A DNA stretch of 64,000 nt from an uncultured virus (IMG/VR IMGVR_UViG_3300047474_000681). Its lineage: Duplodnaviria > Heunggongvirae > Uroviricota > Caudoviricetes. A program made the translations under genes and the position numbers. This document shows positions 12,001 through 19,749 of this stretch, in pieces; position 1 is the stretch's first letter, and each line of letters opens with the position of its first letter. The DNA is taken from the IMG/VR virus record IMGVR_UViG_3300047474_000681; one strand, 5' to 3'. The notes under the pieces are model-generated. The model was not told the origin of the DNA. It did not search any database and saw only the letters and a program-made list of their open reading frames with translations.

Positions 12001-13210
12001 CAGCAGGAATAATTAAATCTTGATCTTTAATTAATTTAATCTTGTCACCAACACCTTCAACGTACCAATTGTTTTGATTGTAAACTGCTGGCTCAGTATC
12101 GCCTTGGAAACGGATTTGCATTCCGTTAGATAATTCAACGCCGTTTGCACTTTTATATGTTTTCTTACCTAAAATTTCATCAGTAACATTTAAAAAACTG
12201 TTTTCTTCAATGTCATATATTTTAAATAAACCACTAGTGTCAATTGCATTTTTGCTGATATAATATAATCTATCAGGTGAGTTTGCAGGAATAGTAAATT
12301 CTATTGTTCCTTTTTCAATATAAGCAACTGCTACTTCTTCGCCGTCTTCACCTAACTTACGAATACCATCCGGATACAACGTTGAAACATTATCGTCAGC
12401 TTCAAATGTTACACTACCACTAGACGGTAATACAATATATTCGCCTTGGTCATATTCGTTACCATATAATACTGCATCAAAAAGACCTTCGCCTCTAATC
12501 CCTTCATTGCCAGCAGTTAATACTGCACTGCCTGGTGTAAAATTTCTAGTAATTGCAAATGCAAGAGGGTGTCCAGGTGTATCAATTTCAAAGCGGTATG
12601 TTTGACCTCTATATAGTTTCAGTGACGGATTTCTTGTTAATCCATCATTAAACACATATGCAATATTGTCGCCTTGATCCTCTGTAGTAACTGTATAAGT
12701 ACTGACAATCTCTCTACTTTGACCTCGAACAGGAATGCTTAAAGGTCCAGTTGGCAACCAATAATATTCGCGGAAGTTTACAAATTTATCCCAATCAATA
12801 TTTGGGTTCCATCCGTATGTTTCTTGTGAGTTTATTCTACTATGATTATCTATATTTGCGCCAAAAACACTAAGTTGGCCCATATAGTCATTATAGTCTT
12901 TATAAAAAGTTACATTTTCATAATTGTCTTTAATAACAACAGCTGGTTCAAATTGATAATCTTCTCTATTTTTACTAACATCTGGAACGTAGTTGTCAGT
13001 TGATTTATATGCTTTTGCTGTTTTTCTGCCGTAATAGCCATTTAGTTTTTCTGCTACGCCAGGCTGTATAAGTTGATCAAGTGTTGCTTGTAAAAACTTT
13101 TTATTAGCCTTTGTTCTAAAGAATGCAGGTAAAAAATCAGCTGCTGTGATTTTATTATCTTTTCCGGGCACCGGAAGTGGAGATACATTTTGATCGTCAT
13201 TATATGCCAT
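2..13210 (-). CDS. Giant virion structural protein (gp7-like baseplate wedge/fibre platform), >4,403 aa, 3' end beyond window edge
   Basis: The ATG at 13210-13208 overlaps the TAA of the upstream gp6-like gene (TAATG). Hand translation gives MAYNDDQNVSPLPVPGKDNKITAADFLPAFFRTKANKKFLQATLDQL... The same frame reads as protein at the left edge (...IRIDASDFVEGTDEIPGTD). Its absence from the ORF track is consistent with no stop in the window. It contains propeller-like repeats (FGKSIDVSPDGEYLVVGIP ~6200-6255; WAKSVSLSPDGTQIAIGAP ~3632-3688) and GSGY-type beta modules near 700-900. Confidence 0.88.
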   Translation of the reverse strand, partial: MAYNDDQNVSPLPVPGKDNKITAADFLPAFFRTKANKKFLQATLDQLIQPGVAEKLNGYYGRKTAKAYKSTDNYVPDVSKNREDYQFEPAVVIKDNYENVTFYKDYNDYMGQLSVFGANIDNHSRINSQETYGWNPNIDWDKFVNFREYYWLPTGPLSIPVRGQSREIVSTYTVTTEDQGDNIAYVFNDGLTRNPSLKLYRGQTYRFEIDTPGHPLAFAITRNFTPGSAVLTAGNEGIRGEGLFDAVLYGNEYDQGEYIVLPSSGSVTFEADDNVSTLYPDGIRKLGEDGEEVAVAYIEKGTIEFTIPANSPDRLYYISKNAIDTSGLFKIYDIEENSFLNVTDEILGKKTYKSANGVELSNGMQIRFQGDTEPAVYNQNNWYVEGVGDKIKLIKDQDLIIPAVYSENKTVPFDSEEFDTLPYSNAGNYAATKDYIVINRASQDRNAWSRYNCWHHKDVILASYDYNNVSENLDESKRALRPIIEFEAGLKLNNFGASAKQDVDLIDTYTTDVFSTIEGQIGYNIDGIDLAEGMRILFTADNDIRVSGKIFKVKYVDIGNNRQISLIETADTNPIDLETILVTQGLVNAGKSYHYHGDAWVIAQEKTKTNQPPLFEVCDNSGNSYSDPVYYPQTDFKGTKIFSYAVGEGNADAEIGIPLSYRNIDNSGDILFSFDLLNDTFEYELNNSVINGSINAGYLKKYKTLSTFDYANGFSKTPQKSKQFVVKEYVATDLKLNNFDIDVYDESSSITDLKVAVFVNNKIKLKNTDYIINTDGKLAQIQFITDLVVNDTVKIKTDSKTVKNSNGYYEFPYNLERNPLNEDITQFTLGEVIDHVDSMLEDLPNFTGKFLGPNNLRDLGDLDRYGKRFVKHSGPINLPLYHVTSKDFNIVKAVKYAKTEYAKFKRNFIETATNLGFDGATKTHVDLVLSTINKDKVKTQPFYFSDMMPYGSSNRIEYAVLDSRIQDYPLTDSFTLNSLQPRGLLVYLNQSLLTHGKDYNFNNVGYISITANQKENDIIEIYEYESSDGSFIAPTPSKLGLYPKYHPMIVIDDTVQPAYPLDPNVTGPYKIYGQIEATSKENISTETIGWTYPIYTSKAIAKSMSTDGKAHTITFKGLNTLLFIPNIDSTQVITGNDDIEINEYPIGVAFVKGHDGSYIKAYKDYRDGLLLEFEKRIYNNIKVEYSSDRLDVNHFTGGEYKTNDFSRQDINNALLTDFQQWLQTNLNNQNFSNNTFYDRNNDWTFNYSDTNSPNGNENPGFWRGIYQHAYDTDRPHSHPWEIQGFSSKPSWWNTVYGPAPYTSDNLILWKNIEEGRIANPENITVDEKIARPGITGHLPVGQNGSLMSPLRSGYVQDFVLNRTVRNFKFGDQNPVENAWRKSSEYPFAVMKAMLVNNPAKTMGLGFDVSRTTRNLVGQWAYTETNKQIVMKDFLVPNTNESASRTMTSGFVNYIYNLVASDILTVYNSYQNDLKNLDNQIGVKIAGFTSKENFNLILDSRSPTQSLTRDGIFIPQENYQVFLNTSSATELATYSGVIIEKADVGYVLRGYSIEKPYFEYYETVPGASFYEVTVGGRNVRASEFASNTQYRSGEVIFAGNNYFRAVSNFITGGSIDETFDTNTVKLPALPVEGGRTAKFKKDFKRTTVKKLSYGSKFNTVQDTVDFLLGYAARLEDIGFAFDKFDSEANVVENWNTSTKEFMYWTTQGWAATALIALSPGANFLRFKKDYHVVDDIKDEFYGYSILKASGEFLDSNFSSLLRDKNSFGIEITNTDDGLYHASLPLVQKEHVVLLDNKTVFNDTIYNPSTGYRQERIRVNGYRSDNWNGGLNIPGFIFDDAKYGDWEKWKDYTIGDLVKYKQFYYVALRNVIGEEKFNPNFWYRLNEKPVPELITNFDYRINQFADFYDLDSDNFDSEQQKMAQHLFGYQKRQYLANIINDDVSQYKFYRGAISDKGTMRVFTNLFDALGNTQDTLEFYEEWAIQTGRFGSTEDVQQVEFQLNDKKFVENSQAFELVKKLPPTNVDNHYRILPNEVYSKPEGYEHTPFPTKVLDREFVKTGGYVRNEDVNFLAGDISTLTRVNINQIGLGQTVWITNTANDDWDVAQLTTPNVNCIELTKVVNIPVDGNLTPGYIRVEITTDAWVDNAIDVDDYIGFKAANKYDLNGLYKVAAVLLDKVVIEVPLDNDINVFDSEAFLIVRLISVRIPTVSEINSVVGQNLYEGQKLWIDKYDDDWAVLENSPAYTNQQTLENPADYDSTDQGFSDSIAVTSNNNNVFVSAPNAGNGQISYYRRSRDVANLNLAQEITIDETNLFNPASCDFGKSIDVSPDGEYLVVGIPKASNIKTKLAYKDDGNGQQTFDFQPDASYVKGDIIRYRESLWKANREILPEIASQPFSTFDSYTNIASSADADSTTLNLLVAGNPGLTNYANTDHMLVRAPKDQYLGTSVGDRVNLFWNQRSFTYPTLDNYIPFDGEIPELNTAFITAEHTILEKIDHIMFVDTFVTLPVVGQRITTDTGSADVSYVAFKGDSAVIYLKNSNGIFDISGELYIDDTDFVGFYTEEDTYSTSEAVGGYWQIATPTYNNNSRYYDVGRGLVYADVLLQSSVRDTNLYYNVQATVGDIGVYVTNKNRVSFLSHLSYRGDPTPADGQDGVEADQPSNKWVVRVGKQYSDQLDIGATPNFDFYNLDNRDIDLDAAGLSYDVLNQQHTVIDLWDGYIDMTLSEFDFNGFAFQPQVNDIIEDVQSPKDGQGGLALTTITTSTASVVYVQRNFNSVRLYLKVLTGDFVEQSNIGKYEIRRKANTVLRGATDTDRVCGTVQDVNNDIALQTNLVGKLVVFEHTSNFDIVSNPEIVDEEYAFFTEVTESGISRSSNPPFSLNKDYTQVFNIPAMELGISNDLTNEGAVAIYRRLNNGTYRIKDIFVSEYRANNRQFGSKVKIVQSGNYYTLLVGSKSDSGIAENDSAGRRTQPGSIEIFRHGVSPQQEFLGVYRLNAYSKGDVVLYKDDYYEALKDVPETMNEILNTVYWNKISWRYGKDPEFMGEFNNAYAYRQNNIVSYNNDLWKATTNIDAASAVPSNTNNSWTALTTRIDYVGYLPNLTANAFYDETVFDPLENILEFSESFDVSDDSNVLIVTTKLAQADSTTDYNIVVYREIDNKYSVSQVIPAPVDGDDWAKSVSLSPDGTQIAIGAPLNDDVKVNQGVVYIWTQNSDGIFRPSQTIKSPSNEESEKFGFSVDFGKDDLLISSLNGDQKIPTTFDKDNEIQTTFDKEFTTFKNTKLDRGLVYVYEKIGTTLVYGEQFVYPMTQTTFGENVYSINNHAYVGVPTQYVDGRDHKGILLNYRKKPNTRSWSVISQGITPVDINQLDGVLVYNKRTNSVVSYIDYVDVIQGKIPGPAEQEISYKLPADPAFYNTGTIADPLVEPDLGWTDKYVGKVWWNTQTAKFVNPYQGSTTFQRDNWNKLTPSSAIIVCEWVESVFLPSRWDELSGSVEGTSNGVSGVSIYGDARYSTKITYDNISKTFSRKYYYWVINKRTIPVGRKLNTITIASLITDPRTAGYKFLSFLGKDKFVLNNCNDLVQGDDIVLQIKYHTLEKVAQNYHNQYKLFADGSSDSVPDPDLERKWFDSLIGFDSNGKAVPDPNIPVSMRYGVQSRPRQSLFVNRTEALKQAVERINIVLEENLITDEYDLTSLSYKDEIPTISSQVWDLSVDSIDELQYISTNKLETAALTPVIVNGNLVRVNIDNPGRGYKVAPKIKVIGAGKDADIKVEINNLGQITSATVVDDGIGYNDQTSISVRPFTVLVTADANINGKWSLYSYNNGTKEWYRRALQSFDTSLYWDYVDWYAEGYNQFTPIATSIEGSYQLFPLNLTINDVVKINNVGSGGWLLLRKVADERTEDYTVNFETIGRQNGTIKLKESLYNFLENTVGFDNRRFDNTFYDNNPAKEIRTILETLRDNIFIGNLKVEYNKLFMSSLRYLMAEQPTVDWLFKTSFVKAKHIRGTLNQDDITFNNDNLSSYQDFVEEFKPYKTKLREFVSNYDVLDNTSSRTTDFDLSPAYNEDTGRIESSTARILDNVIVNENLDSTINPRQNWKNNLGQQITEIKIGDSGSGWTFEPIVKIQGGGGSGATAKAYLGYGKITKIEIVTPGSGYTSAPTVVIEGSQTDDGTPAKATAVLGGGLVRSTKVAMKFDRNAGSYTFNTLEETETLTGTGAKSIYDLIWPMDLNLKKVSVLVDGVLQLRSKYTYENFEDTTKTYNRERGRIKFNVPPKLNSVITVNYTKPISLLSAEDRIKFAYQPGANMFGKELSQLLDGIDYGGVEVRSFDFSGPAGWDTSGWYTDNWDIFENTFEDEIFVLDGSTVAIELSKPLEDTIEYNVYRNGIRIDASDFVEGTDEIPGTD

Positions 13211-16200
13211 TAGTAACTATATCCTCCGCTGTTACCGCTATTACTGCTACTGTTGCTGCTATTGCTGCTACTGATGCTGTTGCTTCCACTATTACTACTT
13301 CCGCTAGTTGTATTAGACACCCTTGACACTATGCCAGATGCTGTAGTTGCTACTGAACTAATTACGTTGCCTGATGCTTGTATCTGTGTTGCCGTAATCT
13401 CGTCTATAGTTTCAACATCGCCAACTGTTGCTGCACTTACAAAAATTTCATCTGGTTCGCTTTTTATTTCAAACAAACTACCAAACGACTGTGTTGTTTG
13501 TCTTGGAACTATTAAAAAGCTAACAAGTTTTGGTGATAATTGATTCATAATATATGCACTAAGTTCTTGGAAGTAAAATGTTTCTCCAAAATCCCAATTT
13601 TCAATATCAAAAAACTTGTTTACTGCATCAATAATATCTGCTTTTAATTCATTATCGTTAATAACTAAGTTTTTGTTTCTAACTATTTTAAATTTAACTT
13701 GTAAGCTCGGCTTTGCTTTGCTTCCAAAAAGTATCTTATATTTTACTGGATGATAAATGATATCATCACTAATACTTTTAATTCTGTTAATATCATTACC
13801 ATAATTTCTTAGCAATTCATCATTGCTTGGCGGCAACGGCTGAGTTACAAGGTTACCTGTAATATATTGGTTAATTTGTTCGTTATAAGTTTTTGTTAAT
13901 ATGTAAGTATCTATAATATTACTTGAACTTGGATCAATTCTAAAATTACCATCAGCAACATGAACATAGTGAAACTTTAAATTAGAACGTCCAAAATATG
14001 CTTTATAGTCTGTATTAATTTGTGTATTATTCAATTGCTTGTTTAATTTTCTAAATATTTGTTCGTCTTGAAGGTAAAATACTTGTCCTTCAAGACGAGA
14101 ACTATAAGGTGCTATTGCAGCTTCATTCTGTACAATAATAATTTCATTGTTTAAGTTATTAAAAAACTTATAATCTTCTACTCCATCAGATGTAGTATAT
14201 TTCTTTTGAAATATTACTTTCTCACCAATAGAAACAGAATCATCAAGTTCGCCGACAATTTGTTCAAATATATCCGGATCATCAAATACTCCGTCGTCAT
14301 CTAGATCAATAAATTGGATTTGTATTTTTCTGCTATCTAGATATCCTTCACTATCTTTATACTGGTCTGTAATTGTCCAAGAATAATCTCTTGTAAACGG
14401 TGTTAATTCTCCAGGCTTACGATTAATATTTAGAATATCAATTTTATCACGTACAGTTTTTCCTGTAGTAGGATCGTAAATTTTATCTGCATTATCAAAG
14501 AAGAAACGTATTTCATCTTCACTTTCCATTACATACCTTGTCTGACGGTATGTAACAGTATATTTTTGACCGTCAGTCTTAAAGTACAACATCCAACTAG
14601 CATCTAGATTATCACCTGATGTGTCACCTGCTTTACCTGTTGCAAAATTACTAATAGTGTTAACATCTTCGCCTACTACTATTTTCCATTGTCTATCGTA
14701 TATGTCGTATCTTAATGCAAAGTTTCTTAGTTCAAATGCTTGGTCAATAAGTTGAGTTTTTACATCGTTAATTAATGCTAAGGCATACCTTGGTATTACT
14801 TGCTCAATTAAGGCGCCGGTGTCAATGTAGTCATTAATAACAATGCCTGCTGCACTATCAGGATTCATTGATGTGCCGTCGTCGGTAACTGCCATTACTT
14901 TGACCCACTTATACATTGTTTTGCCTAAATGATCATTGCCATCGTCGTCCATTAATGTGCCATTTGGCATAAAATGTTTTCCTGCTGGTGGAACAAACTT
15001 TATCATTGTACCTGTTTCTAATAATCTTAAACTATTAGCAGTAAAACTTCCAACAGCATATGCGTTTTCACTTACATCTTGAAGAACTCCAGAATAAGAA
15101 TTTGTTTCTGTTGTTACAGCTTTCCAAGAAGCATTTAGATCACTAACAATAATTTTTGGATATTGTGATAGATAAAAGTTTTTACTATTTGGATACTGAA
15201 TAATCTTTTCAATTATATTATAAATTGCGCCTTCAATATCTGTTTGTGTTGAAAAAGTAAAAGTTTGCTTTTCTTGGTAGTTTTCTTTGTAAATAACTCC
15301 GTCATCTACAAATAAACTAGTGTTCGAATATTTTCCACTAGCATCCTTTAAATCAAAATACCTACTTATACCGCTAGAAATTCTATTTGTACTTTTAGTT
15401 TTAATAATTTCTTGACTTACTGCAAGAGGACCAATATTATAATCTTCTCCTGTAACTAATCTATCTTGTGTATAATAAGTTGCAGGAGCATTTGCTTTTA
15501 TTTCTTCGTTAGATTCTGATGCTGTGCCATTACTAACAGTAGATGTTAGTTTTAAGCCAAGTGTTAATGTTTCTTTGCTACCTGTTCTTGTTTGATAAGG
15601 TATTTCTATTTGTACAAGTCCTATTGCACTAGGTGTAATAATTGCTCTTGTTCCAGAACTTGTTCTATAATAAACTTTAAAATCTCCTGCTGGCAAATTA
15701 CCAAAGACACCGTCACTAAAGACTAAATTAATCCTGTCCCCAATTCTCGTTGTTGCTGCAAATACATCTCTAGTACTGTTAAACAAACTGTTATATACAA
15801 CATTGTTTCCTTCTACCGAGTCAATTTTAGTCCAAGATGAATTTTCAAATCCTCCAGAATTTAAACCGTATAACCAAATATCGGTATTATTGATATTTTC
15901 TGCATCAATAGCAATTGATTGATTTGGAGTAGGATTTGTAATTGTAAATTTTCCGCTATCTAACTTCCCTTGTCGGAAAGCCATAAAAAATCCTGTGTTA
16001 GCACTGCCAGCGCCTTGTCCGTCATCTCTAAATAACATAGAAGGATTATTGCCCGGGAGCGGAGGCTCTTCAACCAGCGCATCTCCTACAATATCTGTGC
16101 TTACAATTTCAAATCTTGTGTTAACACCTTCAATTCTTTTTGTAAATGGGTAAATCGCCGAAGCTGTATTAGTAGAATTAAATTTATATTTTTGTGTTGA

Positions 16201-16746
16201 GACACCTGCAATAGATGACGACTTTAAAGGATTACCAACAGAGTTCTGTACAGGTAATGCTGAGTTCATTATTTTTAAAAACTGTTCAAAATAATTTGAA
16301 TTAGTCTGGTCATTCCATTTTACTGTAATTCCTGCTAAATTTAATCCAGTACTATCTAAAACATTTTCTGTAGTCTTAATTGTATCGATTTTCATCAAAC
16401 CATTAGCTGATTGATTACGTCTCGGATTATATGCAAGCATACGAGCTAGACGTAAGACGCTTTCTCTACGTTCTGCTGTTTCAAGGAAATTTTCTCTTGC
16501 ATTTAGATCAATGCGGAATGACAGGTTTTGCCCAAGGAAAGCAATCATATCAATCAGTGCAAGATATTCACTAGATTCAATATAGTCGTTAAAATCTTCT
16601 GGATAATTTTGACGCAGATAATTAATCATTGTGCGTCTTAAATTGTCAAAATCGTATGACTGAAAATCAGCGTTACGATATGATTGATAAATTCTTTTCC
16701 AGTCCTCAGCTACTAATAACCGTGACTGCCTATCAGTTGCAGACAT
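13210..16746 (-). CDS. Baseplate wedge subunit, T4 gp6-like
   Basis: N-terminal DFQSYDFDNLRRTMINYLRQNYPEDFNDYIESS...ENFLETAERRESVLRLARMLAYNP and internal ESNEEIKANAPATYYTQDRLVTGEDY match gp6/baseplate-J motifs. It lies directly downstream of a gp25-like gene. Confidence 0.88.
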   Translation of the reverse strand: MSATDRQSRLLVAEDWKRIYQSYRNADFQSYDFDNLRRTMINYLRQNYPEDFNDYIESSEYLALIDMIAFLGQNLSFRIDLNARENFLETAERRESVLRLARMLAYNPRRNQSANGLMKIDTIKTTENVLDSTGLNLAGITVKWNDQTNSNYFEQFLKIMNSALPVQNSVGNPLKSSSIAGVSTQKYKFNSTNTASAIYPFTKRIEGVNTRFEIVSTDIVGDALVEEPPLPGNNPSMLFRDDGQGAGSANTGFFMAFRQGKLDSGKFTITNPTPNQSIAIDAENINNTDIWLYGLNSGGFENSSWTKIDSVEGNNVVYNSLFNSTRDVFAATTRIGDRINLVFSDGVFGNLPAGDFKVYYRTSSGTRAIITPSAIGLVQIEIPYQTRTGSKETLTLGLKLTSTVSNGTASESNEEIKANAPATYYTQDRLVTGEDYNIGPLAVSQEIIKTKSTNRISSGISRYFDLKDASGKYSNTSLFVDDGVIYKENYQEKQTFTFSTQTDIEGAIYNIIEKIIQYPNSKNFYLSQYPKIIVSDLNASWKAVTTETNSYSGVLQDVSENAYAVGSFTANSLRLLETGTMIKFVPPAGKHFMPNGTLMDDDGNDHLGKTMYKWVKVMAVTDDGTSMNPDSAAGIVINDYIDTGALIEQVIPRYALALINDVKTQLIDQAFELRNFALRYDIYDRQWKIVVGEDVNTISNFATGKAGDTSGDNLDASWMLYFKTDGQKYTVTYRQTRYVMESEDEIRFFFDNADKIYDPTTGKTVRDKIDILNINRKPGELTPFTRDYSWTITDQYKDSEGYLDSRKIQIQFIDLDDDGVFDDPDIFEQIVGELDDSVSIGEKVIFQKKYTTSDGVEDYKFFNNLNNEIIIVQNEAAIAPYSSRLEGQVFYLQDEQIFRKLNKQLNNTQINTDYKAYFGRSNLKFHYVHVADGNFRIDPSSSNIIDTYILTKTYNEQINQYITGNLVTQPLPPSNDELLRNYGNDINRIKSISDDIIYHPVKYKILFGSKAKPSLQVKFKIVRNKNLVINDNELKADIIDAVNKFFDIENWDFGETFYFQELSAYIMNQLSPKLVSFLIVPRQTTQSFGSLFEIKSEPDEIFVSAATVGDVETIDEITATQIQASGNVISSVATTASGIVSRVSNTTSGSSNSGSNSISSSNSSNSSSNSGNSGGYSY

Positions 16747-16804
16747 ATGCTTTTCCTTGTTTACTAATGATATTTATCTGAATAGAAAAAGTGCGTATTT
16801 AATT

Positions 16805-17245
16805 TTAACTTAATAAACCGTTTTCTTTGTCAAATTTAAAACGTAACTGATCTTGGATTTTATAAGGTAAAAATATAAGAGATATATCAACTTGTATGCC
16901 TTGCTCGTATGTGTCAACTATAATTTGATCTATTTTTGTTCTAGGATCATAGTTAACAATACGAGTAACATCATTAACTACTGCTTCTTGTACTTCTTTT
17001 GTAAACGGTTCAAATAAAATATCCCATATAATTGTTCCAAATGTAAGATCGCTTAATTTTTCACTCTGTCTAATATGGAAATGATTTATTAAATCTTGCT
17101 TAATTAAGTCGTAGTCGTACAACCCGAAGTTTCTTGCATCAGGTGAAACTGTAGAAAATCCTCTATAGGTTCTACCGTCAAGTGATTTTTTAGAATTTGG
17201 TTGTACTGTTACACGTTTATATAGATTTTTTTCTAATTGACTCAT
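16805..17245 (-). CDS. Baseplate wedge subunit, gp25-like
   Basis: YRGFST...DLIKQDLINHFHIRQSEKL...FGTIIWDILFEP...IVNYDPR is a GPW/gp25 pattern; size 146 aa. Confidence 0.88.
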   Translation of the reverse strand: MSQLEKNLYKRVTVQPNSKKSLDGRTYRGFSTVSPDARNFGLYDYDLIKQDLINHFHIRQSEKLSDLTFGTIIWDILFEPFTKEVQEAVVNDVTRIVNYDPRTKIDQIIVDTYEQGIQVDISLIFLPYKIQDQLRFKFDKENGLLS

Positions 17246-17260
17246 ACTGTATTTACCCTA

Positions 17261-19738
17261 TTAAAATGGTCCAATTGGCGGTGTTTCTGCTAAATTAGTA
17301 TCTGGAGTTATTGTTACATCTGATTGCGATTCTTGTTCATCGAGCAAACTTTTTAGTGCATCTGCTAATTCATTTTTAAATCTAGACACAACTGATTTTC
17401 TAACAGCAGGAGTACTTGAACCAAAATATTTCATTCCGTTACTTGCAGCTCTTTCTAAGTATACCATTTTAACCATTGCTCTATCAGATGGCGTATCTGC
17501 ACCAATAGATTTAACTGCTCTTTCAAATATACGCTGGCATCCTGAATTTCCATGTTGTATAGCTGTAGACCAAACAACATCTTGTAGTGTTTTAGACCGG
17601 TCTCGTGGATCAATTCCAATGGCCCGTTTAATACGTTTTGCAGCTGGTTCAAAATATGTTTTAACAGCAAACGAATGTTGTGCTTCTGCATTAGCAGCAT
17701 CGGACATTAAAGATTGCCAACCTTGTTTAAAAGTAGCAGTTCCTGATCTTGCTGCATTTTCTCCTCCCAGGGCATTCATTCCGTCATATAAACTAGAATA
17801 ATTATGTTCACAATACTTAATAAAATTACCCATTGCTCCTGTATTAGCAGCAATTTGGTATGTTCCATAACTCCAGCCGCCTGTCCTATCATAACCAATA
17901 GCGGAAGGCTCTCCTCTAGACTCATATTTTGCACTCAATGATCCTAATTCTTCACTAAATTCAAAATCTGGATTTGCTGCGTAATCTTCTGAACCTGTAA
18001 AACCTAATTCAGCTCCATTTGAATCTTTTCTTCCTGCAAGAGAAGTTGTACCTGAATTAATTTGTCCACCACTGCCAGCAACATATGCACTCGCTTTCCT
18101 ACCGCCTGTATTTTTAAAGAATGTATCAGGAGTTAGTACTCTATTAGCTGACGGTAATCCTCCTGGTGTTTCTCTATCAGTTTCTGTTTTTTTGTAAGAT
18201 AAAGGATCTAAATTTTCATGGTGTGGCCAAGGTTCATGTTGAGGAGCTCTACATAAAATACTTTCATAAGGTTCAATTATGCCGCCAGGCTTAACACGAG
18301 GTAAAGTTACTGTACCTAATACATCAACTTCTTTTGCAGTTTGTGCTGTTGCTGCTTTTGGTCCATTCATATGAACAAATGTTGCTGTTTCTCTGTGTTC
18401 CTTTTTGCTGCTTATATGAGTATATGCATTTGTAGTTAATCTATTATCGCCACCAGATTTAATATTCATATTTCCAGTAGTATCGATATATTGGCTTTTC
18501 TTCACTTTCATATGATGATCTTTTGCAATAGTTACTTTACTATCAGCACCAATATGTAAATTGTAATCATATGCAGATTCTATTTGCACTCTACCGCTAG
18601 GAGCATTATTTTTATCTGTTGCACTACCATCATTATAACGTGCAGTTGCTTTAATATTAACGTTTCTTCCAGCTTCTAAATTAATATCACGTTCAGCAGT
18701 AACGTTAAGATCATTCTCAGTCATAATACTAACACTGTCTTGTGCGTGAATATCAATTTTACCATCGCTAGACATTTCTATCCATGTAGTGCCCCTAGCG
18801 TTTCCTATATAAATCAAATCTTCTGAATTGTGTAATAGAAGTTGATGTCCAGTACGTGTTCTAAAACGCAACAATTCATTTTGAGGAATTGTATTATCGC
18901 CTACTTGTCCTTCTTTTACATTTTTGTAAATAGGCGGACCGTCTTCTGCATGAGTAGCTCTTACAAACCTATCATCACCGTCGTCCATTACAAAACTACT
19001 TCCGCCTAATCTATTAGAAGGAACTGAAATCTTTTGTTTTGCAGAACCAATTGCAGCCGTTGGAGCACCGTCTCTGTAATCTTTAGGGCCCGGCGTACTA
19101 ACACCAAAAACCATGCTAGGTATTTCACGTCTAGCACTAGTAGTTGTTGTTCCTCGAACTTCGTCATTTAGTAAACCTTGGACTTCTAATGTTTCAGTAA
19201 AATCTTTATTGTATGGTTTATTAAATAGCGTAGGGTCAATTAAAGCGCCATCTTCGTTTGCTTTATTATATTCTCCTACGGGAAGTTTTCTGTCTTTTAA
19301 ACCTTCTGGTAGATCTGCTTGTGTTGTTTTTTCTGTTGATGCTCTGCCGTCAGGAACCATAAAGTTCATATATTCTGCAGGTATACATCCTATCCAATAA
19401 CCAAAGTTTGCATTGCCTTCTGCAAAAATAACAAGAACACGAGTTCCAACATCTGGTGGCACCATCCACATACCATAAGACTTTTGTGTATGCTGATATC
19501 CTTCATTTGCTGTAAGTGCGTTATTAGGAGTTATTCCGTAAAACGGACTTAGGTACTTTACATTTAATAATTGTCCTGTTCTTTCTGGTGTGCCGCCAGC
19601 GGAAGTATATTTTAAAAGTTCAACAGTCAATCCGCCCATATACTTTGTATCAAGGTTATTTACTACGATTGCCTCATACGGGCCTGAATCGCTATATTTC
19701 TTTTCTGTATGTCTAGTTCTTTGATAACTTGAAGCCAT
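17261..19738 (-). CDS. Baseplate hub/central spike, gp5/VgrG-like, with C-terminal lysozyme-like domain
   Basis: OB-fold-like N-terminus (YGMWMVPPDVGTRVLVIFAEGNANFGYWIG), beta-helix-like middle (RTRTGHQLLLHNSEDLIYI...WIEMSSDGKIDI), and C-terminal LSAKYESRG...GGWSYGTYQI...WSTAIQHG muramidase-like domain. Confidence 0.85.
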   Translation of the reverse strand: MASSYQRTRHTEKKYSDSGPYEAIVVNNLDTKYMGGLTVELLKYTSAGGTPERTGQLLNVKYLSPFYGITPNNALTANEGYQHTQKSYGMWMVPPDVGTRVLVIFAEGNANFGYWIGCIPAEYMNFMVPDGRASTEKTTQADLPEGLKDRKLPVGEYNKANEDGALIDPTLFNKPYNKDFTETLEVQGLLNDEVRGTTTTSARREIPSMVFGVSTPGPKDYRDGAPTAAIGSAKQKISVPSNRLGGSSFVMDDGDDRFVRATHAEDGPPIYKNVKEGQVGDNTIPQNELLRFRTRTGHQLLLHNSEDLIYIGNARGTTWIEMSSDGKIDIHAQDSVSIMTENDLNVTAERDINLEAGRNVNIKATARYNDGSATDKNNAPSGRVQIESAYDYNLHIGADSKVTIAKDHHMKVKKSQYIDTTGNMNIKSGGDNRLTTNAYTHISSKKEHRETATFVHMNGPKAATAQTAKEVDVLGTVTLPRVKPGGIIEPYESILCRAPQHEPWPHHENLDPLSYKKTETDRETPGGLPSANRVLTPDTFFKNTGGRKASAYVAGSGGQINSGTTSLAGRKDSNGAELGFTGSEDYAANPDFEFSEELGSLSAKYESRGEPSAIGYDRTGGWSYGTYQIAANTGAMGNFIKYCEHNYSSLYDGMNALGGENAARSGTATFKQGWQSLMSDAANAEAQHSFAVKTYFEPAAKRIKRAIGIDPRDRSKTLQDVVWSTAIQHGNSGCQRIFERAVKSIGADTPSDRAMVKMVYLERAASNGMKYFGSSTPAVRKSVVSRFKNELADALKSLLDEQESQSDVTITPDTNLAETPPIGPF

Positions 19739-19749
19739 TAATTATTCCT

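Noticed and set aside
75..13543. Short plus-strand ORFs in the track (e.g. 4569..5156, 13253..13543)
   Set aside because: They lie antisense to the giant minus-strand ORF or gp6, have shadow-ORF composition and lack evident SD sequences.
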